A stretch of DNA of 64,000 nt, from assembly GCA_963422395.1 (NCBI GenBank), contig OY729431.1, positions 1,088,001 to 1,152,000 on the forward strand, given 5' to 3'. The translations under genes and the position numbers were made by a program. How positions within the stretch are numbered: position 1 is the stretch's first letter; each line of letters starts with the position of its first letter. The notes below the pieces were generated by a model, which worked only from the letters and a program-made list of their open reading frames with translations, was not told where the DNA came from and ran no database searches. Source of the stretch: Vicinamibacteria bacterium (GTDB taxonomy: Bacteria > Acidobacteriota > Vicinamibacteria > Marinacidobacterales > Marinacidobacteraceae). Positions 9,261 through 19,102 of the stretch are shown here, in pieces.

Positions 9261-10799
9261 GTGAAGAAGAATCTTCGCGTCAAGGGAGTTCTGCTCCTTG
9301 CGCTGTTGGCGGGGCTCGCCTGGCTGGTCCATCCGCCGCGGGAGACCATCGTTTTGGGGCTCGACCTCCAGGGCGGTATCCATCTGGTCCTGCGGGTCCA
9401 CACCGAGGACGCGGTCCGGGTGCTCACCGACGAGACCGCGGAACAGTTCGCCGAACGGCTCGACGACGAGGACATCGACTTCGCCGATATCGAGGCTGTG
9501 GAGCTCGGACGGCTGACCTTGCGCAGTCTCGATGCGTCCCGTTTGCGCGAGGTACGCGACATCCTCGAATTCAGCTGGCCGGGTTGGGACCTGCGGAGCC
9601 TCGGCGGCGGTGACTGGTCGCTCACGCTGCGCCCTGCCGAGGAGATCGTGGTCCGCGAGCAGACCGTCACCCAGGCGATGGAGACCATCCGTCGGCGGGT
9701 GGACGAGCTGGGGGTGGCCGAACCGGTCATCACCACTCACGGCAACACCGGAGATCAGATCCTGGTCCAGTTGCCCGGCTACGAGGATGTGGCGCGCGCC
9801 AAGGAGATCATCCAGGCTACCGCCCAGCTCGAACTCCGGCTCGTCCAGGCCGGACCTGCGTTCGACGAAGCGGCGCTGCCTCCCCGGAACAGTTCGCTCG
9901 AAAACCTCGCAACGGAGCTGCCGACCGGCGGCACGGGCTTCTATCAGGTGAACCGGGTGGCGGCGATCACCGGGCGCGACCTCCGGAATGCGCGGCAGGG
10001 CATCGATTTCCAGACGAACACCCCGAATGTGGAGTTCAGTCTGCACGCCGAGGGCGCGTCCCGGTTCCGGGACTTCACCGGGGCCAATGTGGGGCGGCAG
10101 ATGGCGATCGTGCTCGACGGGGAGGTCGTTTCCGCGCCGGTCATCGAGAGCCCGATCTACGACCAGGGACAGATCGTCGGGAACTTCACCGTGGAGGAGG
10201 CGCTCGACCTCGCGCTGGTCCTGCGCGCGGGAGCGCTGCCGGCGTCGCTCGAGTACCAGGAGGAGCGCACCGTCGGACCTTCGCTCGGAGCGGACTCGAT
10301 CCGCAGCGGGGTCACTGCCTCGCTCGCCGGACTCGCCGGGGTTCTGCTGTTCCTCATCTTCTATTACCGGCTCTCCGGGGTGAACGCCATCGTCGCGCTG
10401 CTCCTCAACCTGCTGATCCTGGTCGGGGCGATGGCCTACTTCGCGGCGACCCTGACGCTCCCCGGTATCGCGGGCGTGATCCTGACGATCGGCATGGGCG
10501 TGGACGCCAATGTGCTGATCTTCGAGCGGATCAAGGAAGAGATGCGTTCCGGCAAGGCCCCGCGGACCGCGATTTCCGTCGGGTTCTCCCGCGTTTTCTG
10601 GACGATCGTGGACGCGAACATGACGAGTCTGGTGGCGGCTGCGATCCTCTTCCAGTTCGGCACCGGGCCGGTCCAGGGGTTCGCGGTGACCCTCAGCATC
10701 GGCCTCGTGAGCAATGTGTTCACCGCGATGTTCGTGTCCCGATATCTCTTCGACCTCGTGCTTTCGGGCCGGCGCCAGGTCGCCGCTCTCAGCATCTGA
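9261..10799 (+). CDS. secD: Protein translocase subunit SecD
   Basis: LGLDLQGG, RVDELGVAEP, VGPSLG and GMGVDANVLIFERIKEE motifs. Confidence 0.96.
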   Translation: MKKNLRVKGVLLLALLAGLAWLVHPPRETIVLGLDLQGGIHLVLRVHTEDAVRVLTDETAEQFAERLDDEDIDFADIEAVELGRLTLRSLDASRLREVRDILEFSWPGWDLRSLGGGDWSLTLRPAEEIVVREQTVTQAMETIRRRVDELGVAEPVITTHGNTGDQILVQLPGYEDVARAKEIIQATAQLELRLVQAGPAFDEAALPPRNSSLENLATELPTGGTGFYQVNRVAAITGRDLRNARQGIDFQTNTPNVEFSLHAEGASRFRDFTGANVGRQMAIVLDGEVVSAPVIESPIYDQGQIVGNFTVEEALDLALVLRAGALPASLEYQEERTVGPSLGADSIRSGVTASLAGLAGVLLFLIFYYRLSGVNAIVALLLNLLILVGAMAYFAATLTLPGIAGVILTIGMGVDANVLIFERIKEEMRSGKAPRTAISVGFSRVFWTIVDANMTSLVAAAILFQFGTGPVQGFAVTLSIGLVSNVFTAMFVSRYLFDLVLSGRRQVAALSI

Positions 10800-10870
10800 C
10801 CGCCGTGGCGGAAGCGCTCCCTCTCCGAAGCAGCGCGGGCGCCCTGCAGTTCTTCGACGCCTGAATCGGC

Positions 10871-11878
10871 ATGGACATCCTCAAAGACACCCGGATCGAC
10901 TGGCTGCGGTACCGCTGGTGGTTCGCCGCGGTTTCGCTCGCGGTCCTGGTCCTCGGGTCGTTCGATGTCCTCCGGAAGGGCGGCTTCCTGTATGGCATCG
11001 ACTTCTCCGAGGGAACCATGGTGGTCGCCAAGTTCGCCGAACCTCCGGAGATAGATGCGGTTCGGGATGCGGTCTCCGCCCTCGGATACGGGAACGCGGT
11101 GATCCAGAGCTACGACCGCCCCGAGATGAACCAGGTGATGATCCGCATCGAAAAGGCGGCTGCTGCATCCGGGACTCCGGTTTCGGGCGGTGGCGCCGGC
11201 GCGGAACCGTCGGCCGGCGCTGGAATAGACGAGGCCGCGAACCGCATTCTGGGAGCGCTCCGCAACGGAGTGGCGGGCAACGAGATGGTGTCGGCGAGCA
11301 CCGAGATCGTGGGTCCCGTGGTCGGCGAAGAGCTGCGCCGCCGGGCGCGGAACGCGACCCTCCTCGCGCTCTTCGCCATGCTGCTCTACATCGGTTTCCG
11401 CTTCGAGCCGGTGTACGGAGTCGGGGCCACCGTTGCGGTCGTCCACGATGTGCTGGTGACCCTGGCGCTGGTCTCCCTGTTCGACTACGAGATCAGTCTG
11501 AATGTGATCGCCGCCTTCATGACTCTCGTCGGGTACTCGGTGAACGACACGATCGTCATCTTCGATCGGGTGCGGGAAAACCGGCACCTCCACCGCCGCC
11601 TGAGCCTGCCTGCGATCGTCAACCTGGCGATCAACCAGACTCTCCGCCGGACGATCCTGACTTCCGGACTCACCCTGCTTGCCGTCGGCGCGCTGCTGGT
11701 CTGGGGCGGCGAGGTCCTCCGCGCTTTCTCGTTCGTGCTGGTGGTCGGCGTGGTCGTGGGGACCTATTCCTCGATCGCCGTCGCCTCGCCGATCGTCCTC
11801 TGGTGGCGATCCTTCCGCCGAGGATCCGCGGCGAGCGCCGAAGAACAGCGGCCGCAAGCGAAACCGGCCCGCGTCTGA
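10871..11878 (+). CDS. secF: Protein translocase subunit SecF
   Basis: GIDFSEG, VGPVVG and GYSVNDTIVIFDRVREN motifs. Confidence 0.96.
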   Translation: MDILKDTRIDWLRYRWWFAAVSLAVLVLGSFDVLRKGGFLYGIDFSEGTMVVAKFAEPPEIDAVRDAVSALGYGNAVIQSYDRPEMNQVMIRIEKAAAASGTPVSGGGAGAEPSAGAGIDEAANRILGALRNGVAGNEMVSASTEIVGPVVGEELRRRARNATLLALFAMLLYIGFRFEPVYGVGATVAVVHDVLVTLALVSLFDYEISLNVIAAFMTLVGYSVNDTIVIFDRVRENRHLHRRLSLPAIVNLAINQTLRRTILTSGLTLLAVGALLVWGGEVLRAFSFVLVVGVVVGTYSSIAVASPIVLWWRSFRRGSAASAEEQRPQAKPARV

Positions 11879-11951
11879 CCGGCGCCCCGGCGCTTTCGGC
11901 CCGGGCGCCGGGACTCTTCCCGCTACACTCGCTCACGGAGGTTCGACCTTC

Positions 11952-12728
11952 GTGCAAGCCGGAGTTGCGGGACGACGCGAGTCGTTGTCGCCGACCGTCA
12001 CCGGCGGAGGTTCCGTCGGGCTCCGCACTTCGCTGCCGATCGGAGTCCTGCTCCACGCTGCCCTGGTCTGGCTCTTCCTCCATTCGTCCCTCGCGTTTCG
12101 CGCCGACCGGCTGCCGTCCATCGAGTTCCACCGCGTCCGCCTGTTCGCACCTCCGGCGGCGGCCCGGCGCCTCGGAGATCCGACGATCCGGCCCGAACCC
12201 GAAGATCTGGCGCGCCCGCCCGGGGCCGCGTCCCGGCGGGCGAAGCTTCTGCCCCTCCTGATCGCCGATCTGTCCGCCATGCTGGATTCGGTTTCTCGGC
12301 CGTCCGCCAGCTTCGGCGCCGAAACCGGTGTCCCCGATGGAGTGTGGGATGGATTGGAGTTCGGCAGACCGGACGGGGTCGTCGGCGGGCTTGCCGAAGG
12401 CATTCCGGGAGGTCGGATCGGAGCTCTTCCGGGGCGGGCCGATCCTGTCCTTTCGCCTCCCGACGAACCGCCGGCTCCGATCGCGATGCCCCGACCGCGG
12501 TTTCCGCGCGAGGCGCTCCGAGACGGAATTCGTGGTCGGGTGGTTCTGCGCGCGCTGATCGATCCGCGGGGAACCGTGGAAGTGCTGCGGATCTTGCGTT
12601 CCGTTCCGGGGCTCGACGCCGAGGCGGTTCGAGTCGTCGAATCGGAGTGGAGGTTCCGACCCGCGCGCCGGGACGGCAGGCCGGTTCCGGCGCTCAGCGA
12701 TCTGGTGGTTCGATTCTCCCTTCGTTAG
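11952..12728 (+). CDS. TonB family protein (divergent paralog)
   Basis: N-terminal TM helix (VLLHAALV), GV.GG repeats and a C-terminal TonB_C domain (PRFPREA...GRVVLRALID...WRFRPA). Start uncertain. Confidence 0.75.
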   Translation: MQAGVAGRRESLSPTVTGGGSVGLRTSLPIGVLLHAALVWLFLHSSLAFRADRLPSIEFHRVRLFAPPAAARRLGDPTIRPEPEDLARPPGAASRRAKLLPLLIADLSAMLDSVSRPSASFGAETGVPDGVWDGLEFGRPDGVVGGLAEGIPGGRIGALPGRADPVLSPPDEPPAPIAMPRPRFPREALRDGIRGRVVLRALIDPRGTVEVLRILRSVPGLDAEAVRVVESEWRFRPARRDGRPVPALSDLVVRFSLR

Positions 12729-12814
12729 TCTGAATTTTCATGGATTTACGACGCATGCGGGGCAACCCTTCGAGCCGCTCGAATCCCCCCCGGGCGGTCC
12801 GAGGGTCGGGGCTG

Positions 12815-12858
12815 ACGGTTGACATACGGTTGACATCCCGAGGGGGCGATGGTAGTTT
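12815..12858 (+). promoter_or_regulatory. sigma70-type promoter overlapped by a perfect 11-bp tandem repeat
   Basis: ACGGTTGACAT x2 (12815-12836). TTGACA at 12830-12835, a 17-nt spacer, then TGg-TAGTTT with the -10 at 12853-12858. Confidence 0.65.
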
Positions 12859-12981
12859 CTCCATCCCTTCGATGCAGCCCGGGGATGCGCCTGTCGCGCT
12901 CCCGAATGTGGGGAACCGGTGGCTCCCGGGCTGTTGTTCTTCACCCAGAAGGGCATCCAGTTGGAGGAAAAGGAGCCTAGC

Positions 12982-13689
<708 letters not shown>

Positions 13690-13846
13690 CTTCCCTCGCT
13701 CCCAGAAATTCAGTCCGAGAGAAGATTCAGCAAGATTCGGCAATTCGGATCGAGCCCAATACCGGTATCGTTCATTTTTCGGATTCGGAAGATCGGCGCC
13801 CGGCGAAACCCTTACTCGTTTCCAGGACCCCAGGAGGATTACGGAA

Positions 13847-14518
13847 ATGTCTTTTGACCTACTCGAGATCTGGTCCCACATGGGGCCGGCAGCGAAGCTC
13901 ATCAACGGAGTGATGGCCATCATGTCGGTGTACTCGCTCTCGATCATGATCGAGCGCTGGTTGACCTATCGGAAAGCCAAGGGGCAATCCCGCGGATACT
14001 CGACCAAGATCGCCAGAGAACTGAAAGGCGGAGACCTCGAAAAGGCCATCAAGGTCAGCAAGGACAAGGGCGTGAAGAACAGCCACCTCGCCAAGGTGCT
14101 TCTCGCCGGGCTTCAGGAAGTGCAGTACCACTCCGAGGAAGGCGGGGCGTCGAACACCGAAGCAACGATGGAAGCCGCTCACCGAGCGATCCAGCGAGCC
14201 ACCGCCATCTGCATGATGGACCTGCGCCGGAATCTCTCCGGGCTCGCCACCGTAGGCGCGACGGCGCCCTTCGTGGGACTGTTGGGAACCGTGCTCGGCA
14301 TCATCACCGCTTTCCGCGGCATGGCGCTCACCGGATCCGGCGGGATCGGCGCCGTTTCGGCCGGAATCGCAGAGGCGCTCATCGCTACCGCGTTCGGGCT
14401 CTTCGTCGCCATTCCCGCAGTCTGGGCCTTCAACTACCTGACGAATCGAGCGGATGGTTTCGGTGTCGAGATGGACAACGGAGCCTCTGAGCTGATCGAC
14501 TTCATGGCGCGGCGCTGA
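13847..14518 (+). CDS. MotA/TolQ/ExbB proton channel protein
   Basis: TAPFVGLLGTVLGII and GIAEALIATAFGL motifs; RBS AGGAGG. Confidence 0.93.
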   Translation: MSFDLLEIWSHMGPAAKLINGVMAIMSVYSLSIMIERWLTYRKAKGQSRGYSTKIARELKGGDLEKAIKVSKDKGVKNSHLAKVLLAGLQEVQYHSEEGGASNTEATMEAAHRAIQRATAICMMDLRRNLSGLATVGATAPFVGLLGTVLGIITAFRGMALTGSGGIGAVSAGIAEALIATAFGLFVAIPAVWAFNYLTNRADGFGVEMDNGASELIDFMARR

Positions 14519-14632
14519 ACTCGCCGTAGTCAAGCCACCAAAGTTCTCTCAACCGCGCTGTTCGCCGGCGCCGGTCTCTGTTCAGAGCACCGCGCCGGTG
14601 AGCGGGGCAACCCCTCGAAGGAGTAACGAGTC

Positions 14633-15049
14633 ATGGGAATGGCTGGCATTGGTAGCAAGGATGTCAATGCAAACATCAATGTGACGCCGCTCGCCGATGT
14701 CATGCTGGTGCTGCTCATCATCTTCATGGTCGTGACGCCACTTCTGCAGAAGGGAGTGGATGTCAAGCTTCCGGTCGCCGAGTACGGCGCGGACCACCCC
14801 GACAGCGACGATGTCGTGAATGTGGCCGTCCGGGAGAATGGCGCGATCTATCTGGATCTGCTTCCGACCACCCAGCAGGACCTCCCGACCGCTCTCGCTG
14901 CCAAGTTCGAGGGCAAGACGGAGAAAGTTCTGTTTCTGAAGGCCGACGAGCGTCTCGAATACCACGAGGTGCTCCGGATCATGTCGATCTGCCGCGACGG
15001 CGGAGCCGATGAGATCGGCCTCATCACCGATCGAGCCGACGGCGAATAG
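14633..15049 (+). CDS. ExbD/TolR family protein
   Basis: INVTPLADVMLVLLIIFMV and LKADE motifs. Confidence 0.93.
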   Translation: MGMAGIGSKDVNANINVTPLADVMLVLLIIFMVVTPLLQKGVDVKLPVAEYGADHPDSDDVVNVAVRENGAIYLDLLPTTQQDLPTALAAKFEGKTEKVLFLKADERLEYHEVLRIMSICRDGGADEIGLITDRADGE

Positions 15050-15103
15050 CCCCGGCCGGGATCTCCTCGTCCAGCGAGGGGACCCCTTCCAGGAGGAATC
15101 ATC

Positions 15104-15508
15104 ATGGGAATGTCAGGATTCGCCAAAGGCGGCGTTACTTCGGACATCAACATCACCCCGCTGATCGATGTGTTGCTGGTGCTTCTCATCATCTTCATGG
15201 TCGTGACCCCGCTGACCCAGCAAGGGCACGATGTGGAGATGCCCGACAACCAGGATCAGGTCATCAATGCCGAACCCGATCCGAATCAGCTGGTGTTGAC
15301 GATCGATCGGGACAACCAGGTGACGATCAACAAGCAGGTCGTTCCGAGCGAGGAGCTGCCCCTGCGTATCCGAGACATCTTCGAAACCAGAGCCGACAAG
15401 ACGATCTTCCTCAAGGCTGACGCGTTTCTCACCTATGGACAGGTGGTTGCCGTCCTCGATGTGGCCAAGGGGAACGGCGTCGAGCGCGTCGGGATCGTGG
15501 CCGAATAA
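15104..15508 (+). CDS. ExbD/TolR family protein (second copy)
   Basis: INITPLIDVLLVLLIIFMV and LKADA motifs. Confidence 0.93.
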   Translation: MGMSGFAKGGVTSDINITPLIDVLLVLLIIFMVVTPLTQQGHDVEMPDNQDQVINAEPDPNQLVLTIDRDNQVTINKQVVPSEELPLRIRDIFETRADKTIFLKADAFLTYGQVVAVLDVAKGNGVERVGIVAE

Positions 15509-15547
15509 CGGCCAAGGCCACAGAGCCATCCAGGAGGACAACGCACC

Positions 15548-16633
15548 GTGGACAGAAAGACGAGAATTCGCGCTGGGATCGCGGCTGGAGTCGCGCTGGT
15601 CGTCGTGGTCGGAATTGCGATTTCGCCGCTTCCGGCTTTCCTCAGCAACTATGTGGACATGCTGCAGTCGATGCGATCTTTCCAGAAGGCCAACGAAGCC
15701 TACGGGAAGAAGGAGTACGAGGAGGCGATCGAGCATTATGTCGATGCGACCGAGAACGCTCCGGCGGACCACGCGATCATGCAGACCACTCTTCGCTTCT
15801 TCAGCGCCAGCAGTCACCATCTTCTCTACCGCCCGAACAATTTCGACGATCCGGCGAACGAGGCTTATCTGGATGCGGCGCTCGATGGATACGAAGACAC
15901 TCTCGATGTGGTCGAGGCAGCTCTCCAGAATCCCGATCTCGATGAAGGGACGAAAGAAACCGTCGCTCTTTATGAACGCTACGCATCGGAACAGCTCGCC
16001 GGAATCCATCGGGATCACCTCGACGATCTGGAGGGTGCGGAGCACTATTTCAACCGCCTGATCGAACTGGATCCAGATACCCCGCAGCGTTACTACGGGC
16101 TCGCGGATGTGTACGAGCGGTTTCACGATCCCGAAGAGAACCCGCTGCTGGACAAGGCGATCGCCGCATACGAGGTCCCGGTCCAGATGAATCCGGAGGA
16201 TCCGATCGGCTACCGGCAGGTAGCCAACCTGCTCAACAAGTACGGCCGCTTCGAGGAGACGATGGATTGGTTGGCCAGGGCCCGTGATGTCAATGCGGAA
16301 AACCCCGAGGGCTACTACCTCATCGCTACTTACTACTGGGACAAGGTCTATCGAGATCCCGATCTCGGCCAGCGTGAACGGCAGCAATACATCGATCTCG
16401 GGCTCGAGCAACTCGATGAGGCGCTGGTCCTCGAAGACGAGTATGTGGATGCTCTGGTTTACAAGAACCTCCTCCTCCGGGAGAAAGCGAAGGTGGATCC
16501 CCGGAACCAGGAAGCTCTGATCGCCGAGGCCGACGAGTACCGTGCTCGGGCACTCGAGATCCGGGATGCGCAGCAGGAGGCTGCGAGAGCAGCTGCTGCG
16601 GAAGCCGCGGAAGCCGCCGCCAAGGAGCGCTGA
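15548..16633 (+). CDS. Membrane-anchored TPR protein
   Basis: N-terminal hydrophobic anchor followed by TPR-like helices (ANEAYGKKEYEEAIEHY; AEHYFNRLIELDP). RBS AGGAGG. Confidence 0.8.
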   Translation: MDRKTRIRAGIAAGVALVVVVGIAISPLPAFLSNYVDMLQSMRSFQKANEAYGKKEYEEAIEHYVDATENAPADHAIMQTTLRFFSASSHHLLYRPNNFDDPANEAYLDAALDGYEDTLDVVEAALQNPDLDEGTKETVALYERYASEQLAGIHRDHLDDLEGAEHYFNRLIELDPDTPQRYYGLADVYERFHDPEENPLLDKAIAAYEVPVQMNPEDPIGYRQVANLLNKYGRFEETMDWLARARDVNAENPEGYYLIATYYWDKVYRDPDLGQRERQQYIDLGLEQLDEALVLEDEYVDALVYKNLLLREKAKVDPRNQEALIAEADEYRARALEIRDAQQEAARAAAAEAAEAAAKER

Positions 16634-16821
16634 CGAAAGGGATCCGTACAGAACTTCATCAGTTCCTCCGTCAGCAGCGGAGGGCGGCCGTGCGGCGGGT
16701 GGGAAGCGCCCTGGGTCGGGAGAGGGTATTCCGGTACACGAGACGCGCGTGTCCCCGGCATCCGCCGAGGATGCGCGCCGTTGGGTTCGTTCGGGCATGT
16801 CCGTTCGGGGACAGGTGACGA

Positions 16822-19005
16822 GTGATGATCCGGTTCGAGGCGATTCGAGACAGAGTCCGCGCCTATCAGCCGGACGCTGACTTCGATCTTTTGCGTCGAG
16901 CCTATGTCGTGGCGGCGCAGGCGCACGGCGGACAGGTGCGCCGGTCGGGTGAGCCCTATTTGAGCCATCCTCTCGAGGTCGCGGGAATCCTCGCCGACCT
17001 GAAACTGGACATCGTGTCCGTCGCCTGCGGGTTTCTCCACGATGTGGTCGAGGACACCGAGGTCACGATCGACGAGATCGAAACCCGTTTCGGGCGCGAT
17101 GTGAAGCGCGTCATCGCCGGGTTGACCAAGTTGAGCCGAGTGGATTTCAGCTCTGCCGAGGCCAACCAGGCGGAAAATGTCCGCAAGATGATCATCGCGA
17201 TGACCGATGACACTCGAGTCATTCTGATCAAGCTCGCCGACCGCTTGCACAACATGCGGACGCTCGACTATCTGCGGGCGGAGAAGCGCCAGCGGATCGC
17301 CAAGGAAACCCTCGAGGTGTACGCACCGATCTCTGGCCGCCTGGGAATGGGGCGTATCGAAGCCGAGCTGCAGGACCTTTCGCTTCGTCATCTCGAGCCC
17401 CAGACCTACCGTGTTCTCGAAACCAGGGTAAATGCCAAGAAACGCTGGGCAGAGGACTTCATTCGCGACATCAGCCGCACGCTCAGGAAGCAGCTTCAAG
17501 CGGAAGAAATTCCGGGAGAACTTTCGGGCCGCACGAAGAGCATCTACTCCATCCACGAGAAAATGCATCGCCAGGACATCGAGCTGGACCAGATGTACGA
17601 CTTCATCGCTCTTCGACTCGTCACCGACACGGTGCCCCACTGCTATGCCGCACTCGGAGTGGTTCACAACTCGTGGAAACCCATCCCGGGACGGATCAAG
17701 GACTTCATCGCCATGCCGCGGGAGAACGGATACCAGTCGTTGCACACCAGCCTACTGGCCGATTCCGGCACCCATTTCGAGGTCCAGATCCGCACTGCGG
17801 ACATGCATCGGGTGGCCGAGGAGGGCATCGCAGCTCATTGGGGTTACAAGTCGTCGGCGACGTATGGCGAACAGGATGTCAAGCGTTTCGCCTGGCTGCG
17901 CCAGGTACTCGAATGGCAGAAGGAAGTCGAGGATCCTCACGAGTTCCTGAGCAGCCTGAAGATCGACCTGTACCCGGAAGAAGTCCATTGCTTCACCCCG
18001 CGGGGTGAAGTCAAGTCGCTGCCGCGGGGTGCCACGCTGATCGATTTCGCTTACGCCATACACACCGAGGTCGGTCACGGTTGTGTCGGTGCTCGGGTCA
18101 ACGGTGCGATGGCACCGCTCCGCTACGAACTCCGAAACGGCGACATATGCGAAATCCTGACCCGCAAGAATCACCTGCCGAGTGAAAATTGGCTGAAGAT
18201 CGTCAAGACGAACCGCGCCCGGGGCAAGATCCGAGCGCGTCTGAACGCTGAAGCGAAGCGGGAGAGCATCGAGATCGGAAGAAAACTGATCGAGAAGGAA
18301 GCGCGCGCGCACGGTCTGAGCCTGCGTCGGGTCTTCTCCGCGGAAGGGCTGCCCGAGGCGCTGAAACGCAACGGCGCAGCGAACCCCGACGACCTCTTCG
18401 CGGCCATCGGATACGGGAAACTCTCCCCTTCGCGTGCGCTCGCCGACTGCTTCCCGCTACAGAAGATCGACTTCGGAACTCCCCCGATGGGAGCAGGCGC
18501 CGGAATCGCTCGCGCGGTACGACGGATCATCGGCCGCGAGCGGGGGCAAATCCTGGTCAGCGGACAGAACGACATTCTCGTGCATCGGGCGAACTGCTGT
18601 TCGCCCCTGCCTGGTGAAGCGATCTCCGGCTATATCACGAAAGGAAAGGGGGTTGCCGTCCATACCGCGAAGTGTTCGCAGCTAGCCGAACTGGTGCGCG
18701 ACCCAGAGCGGCAGGTGCCGGTCTCCTGGAAATCCACCACCGGAGCGCGGTACGAGGCTGGATTCCTCGTCCGGGTCGAAAACCGCAAGGGAATGCTCGC
18801 CGATATAACCAAGGTCATCGCCGAGGCCGATACCGATATTCGCGCCTTCGAGGGCTCTGCCGATGACGCCGAGCGGGGGGCCATCCGGGTGCGGGTTGCG
18901 GTCCAGAATGCGAAGGAGGTCGGTGCTATCGCGCGCCTGATCCAGGATGTGCCTGGAGTCATCGAGGTCCATCGAGGCAGCCCTCCCCGTTCCAGCGCGG
19001 CCTAA
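16822..19005 (+). CDS. spoT: Bifunctional (p)ppGpp synthetase/hydrolase (long RSH)
   Basis: HD domain (FLHDVVED), IKLADRLHNMRT, synthetase motif (YQSLHT, EVQIRT), TGS domain, CC zinc finger and ACT domain. Confidence 0.93.
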   Translation: MMIRFEAIRDRVRAYQPDADFDLLRRAYVVAAQAHGGQVRRSGEPYLSHPLEVAGILADLKLDIVSVACGFLHDVVEDTEVTIDEIETRFGRDVKRVIAGLTKLSRVDFSSAEANQAENVRKMIIAMTDDTRVILIKLADRLHNMRTLDYLRAEKRQRIAKETLEVYAPISGRLGMGRIEAELQDLSLRHLEPQTYRVLETRVNAKKRWAEDFIRDISRTLRKQLQAEEIPGELSGRTKSIYSIHEKMHRQDIELDQMYDFIALRLVTDTVPHCYAALGVVHNSWKPIPGRIKDFIAMPRENGYQSLHTSLLADSGTHFEVQIRTADMHRVAEEGIAAHWGYKSSATYGEQDVKRFAWLRQVLEWQKEVEDPHEFLSSLKIDLYPEEVHCFTPRGEVKSLPRGATLIDFAYAIHTEVGHGCVGARVNGAMAPLRYELRNGDICEILTRKNHLPSENWLKIVKTNRARGKIRARLNAEAKRESIEIGRKLIEKEARAHGLSLRRVFSAEGLPEALKRNGAANPDDLFAAIGYGKLSPSRALADCFPLQKIDFGTPPMGAGAGIARAVRRIIGRERGQILVSGQNDILVHRANCCSPLPGEAISGYITKGKGVAVHTAKCSQLAELVRDPERQVPVSWKSTTGARYEAGFLVRVENRKGMLADITKVIAEADTDIRAFEGSADDAERGAIRVRVAVQNAKEVGAIARLIQDVPGVIEVHRGSPPRSSAA

Positions 19006-19006
19006 A

Positions 19007-19069
19007 CAGCCTGTGGAAAAAGTCACACGGCCGTCGACTGGCGATGCCCGCAGTTCTCCCGGTGGGGGC
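19007..19069 (+). mobile_element. Truncated copy of the 194-bp MITE
   Basis: CAGCCTGTGGAAAAAGTCACACGGCC...GGCGATGCCCGCAGTTCTCCCGGTGGGGGC matches one end of the elements at 26255 and 29541. Confidence 0.8.
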
Positions 19070-19094
19070 GCGGCGAAGTCCCGACCGGGAGAAC
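19053..19094. terminator. Hairpin between convergent spoT and mrp
   Basis: 11-bp stem GTTCTCCCGGT / ACCGGGAGAAC. No U-tract, so terminator function is uncertain. Confidence 0.45.
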
Positions 19095-19102
19095 GGGGCT
19101 GA

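Noticed and set aside
13720-13790. Degenerate AAGATTC(A/G)G repeats between tonB and exbB as a mini-CRISPR
   Set aside because: Units are under 12 bp, irregular, with no spacers and no cas genes.
16634-16821. Hairpin-rich spacer upstream of spoT as a possible riboswitch, SRP or 6S RNA
   Set aside because: Only short local stems are present; no family signature was recognised. An Rfam scan would be needed.
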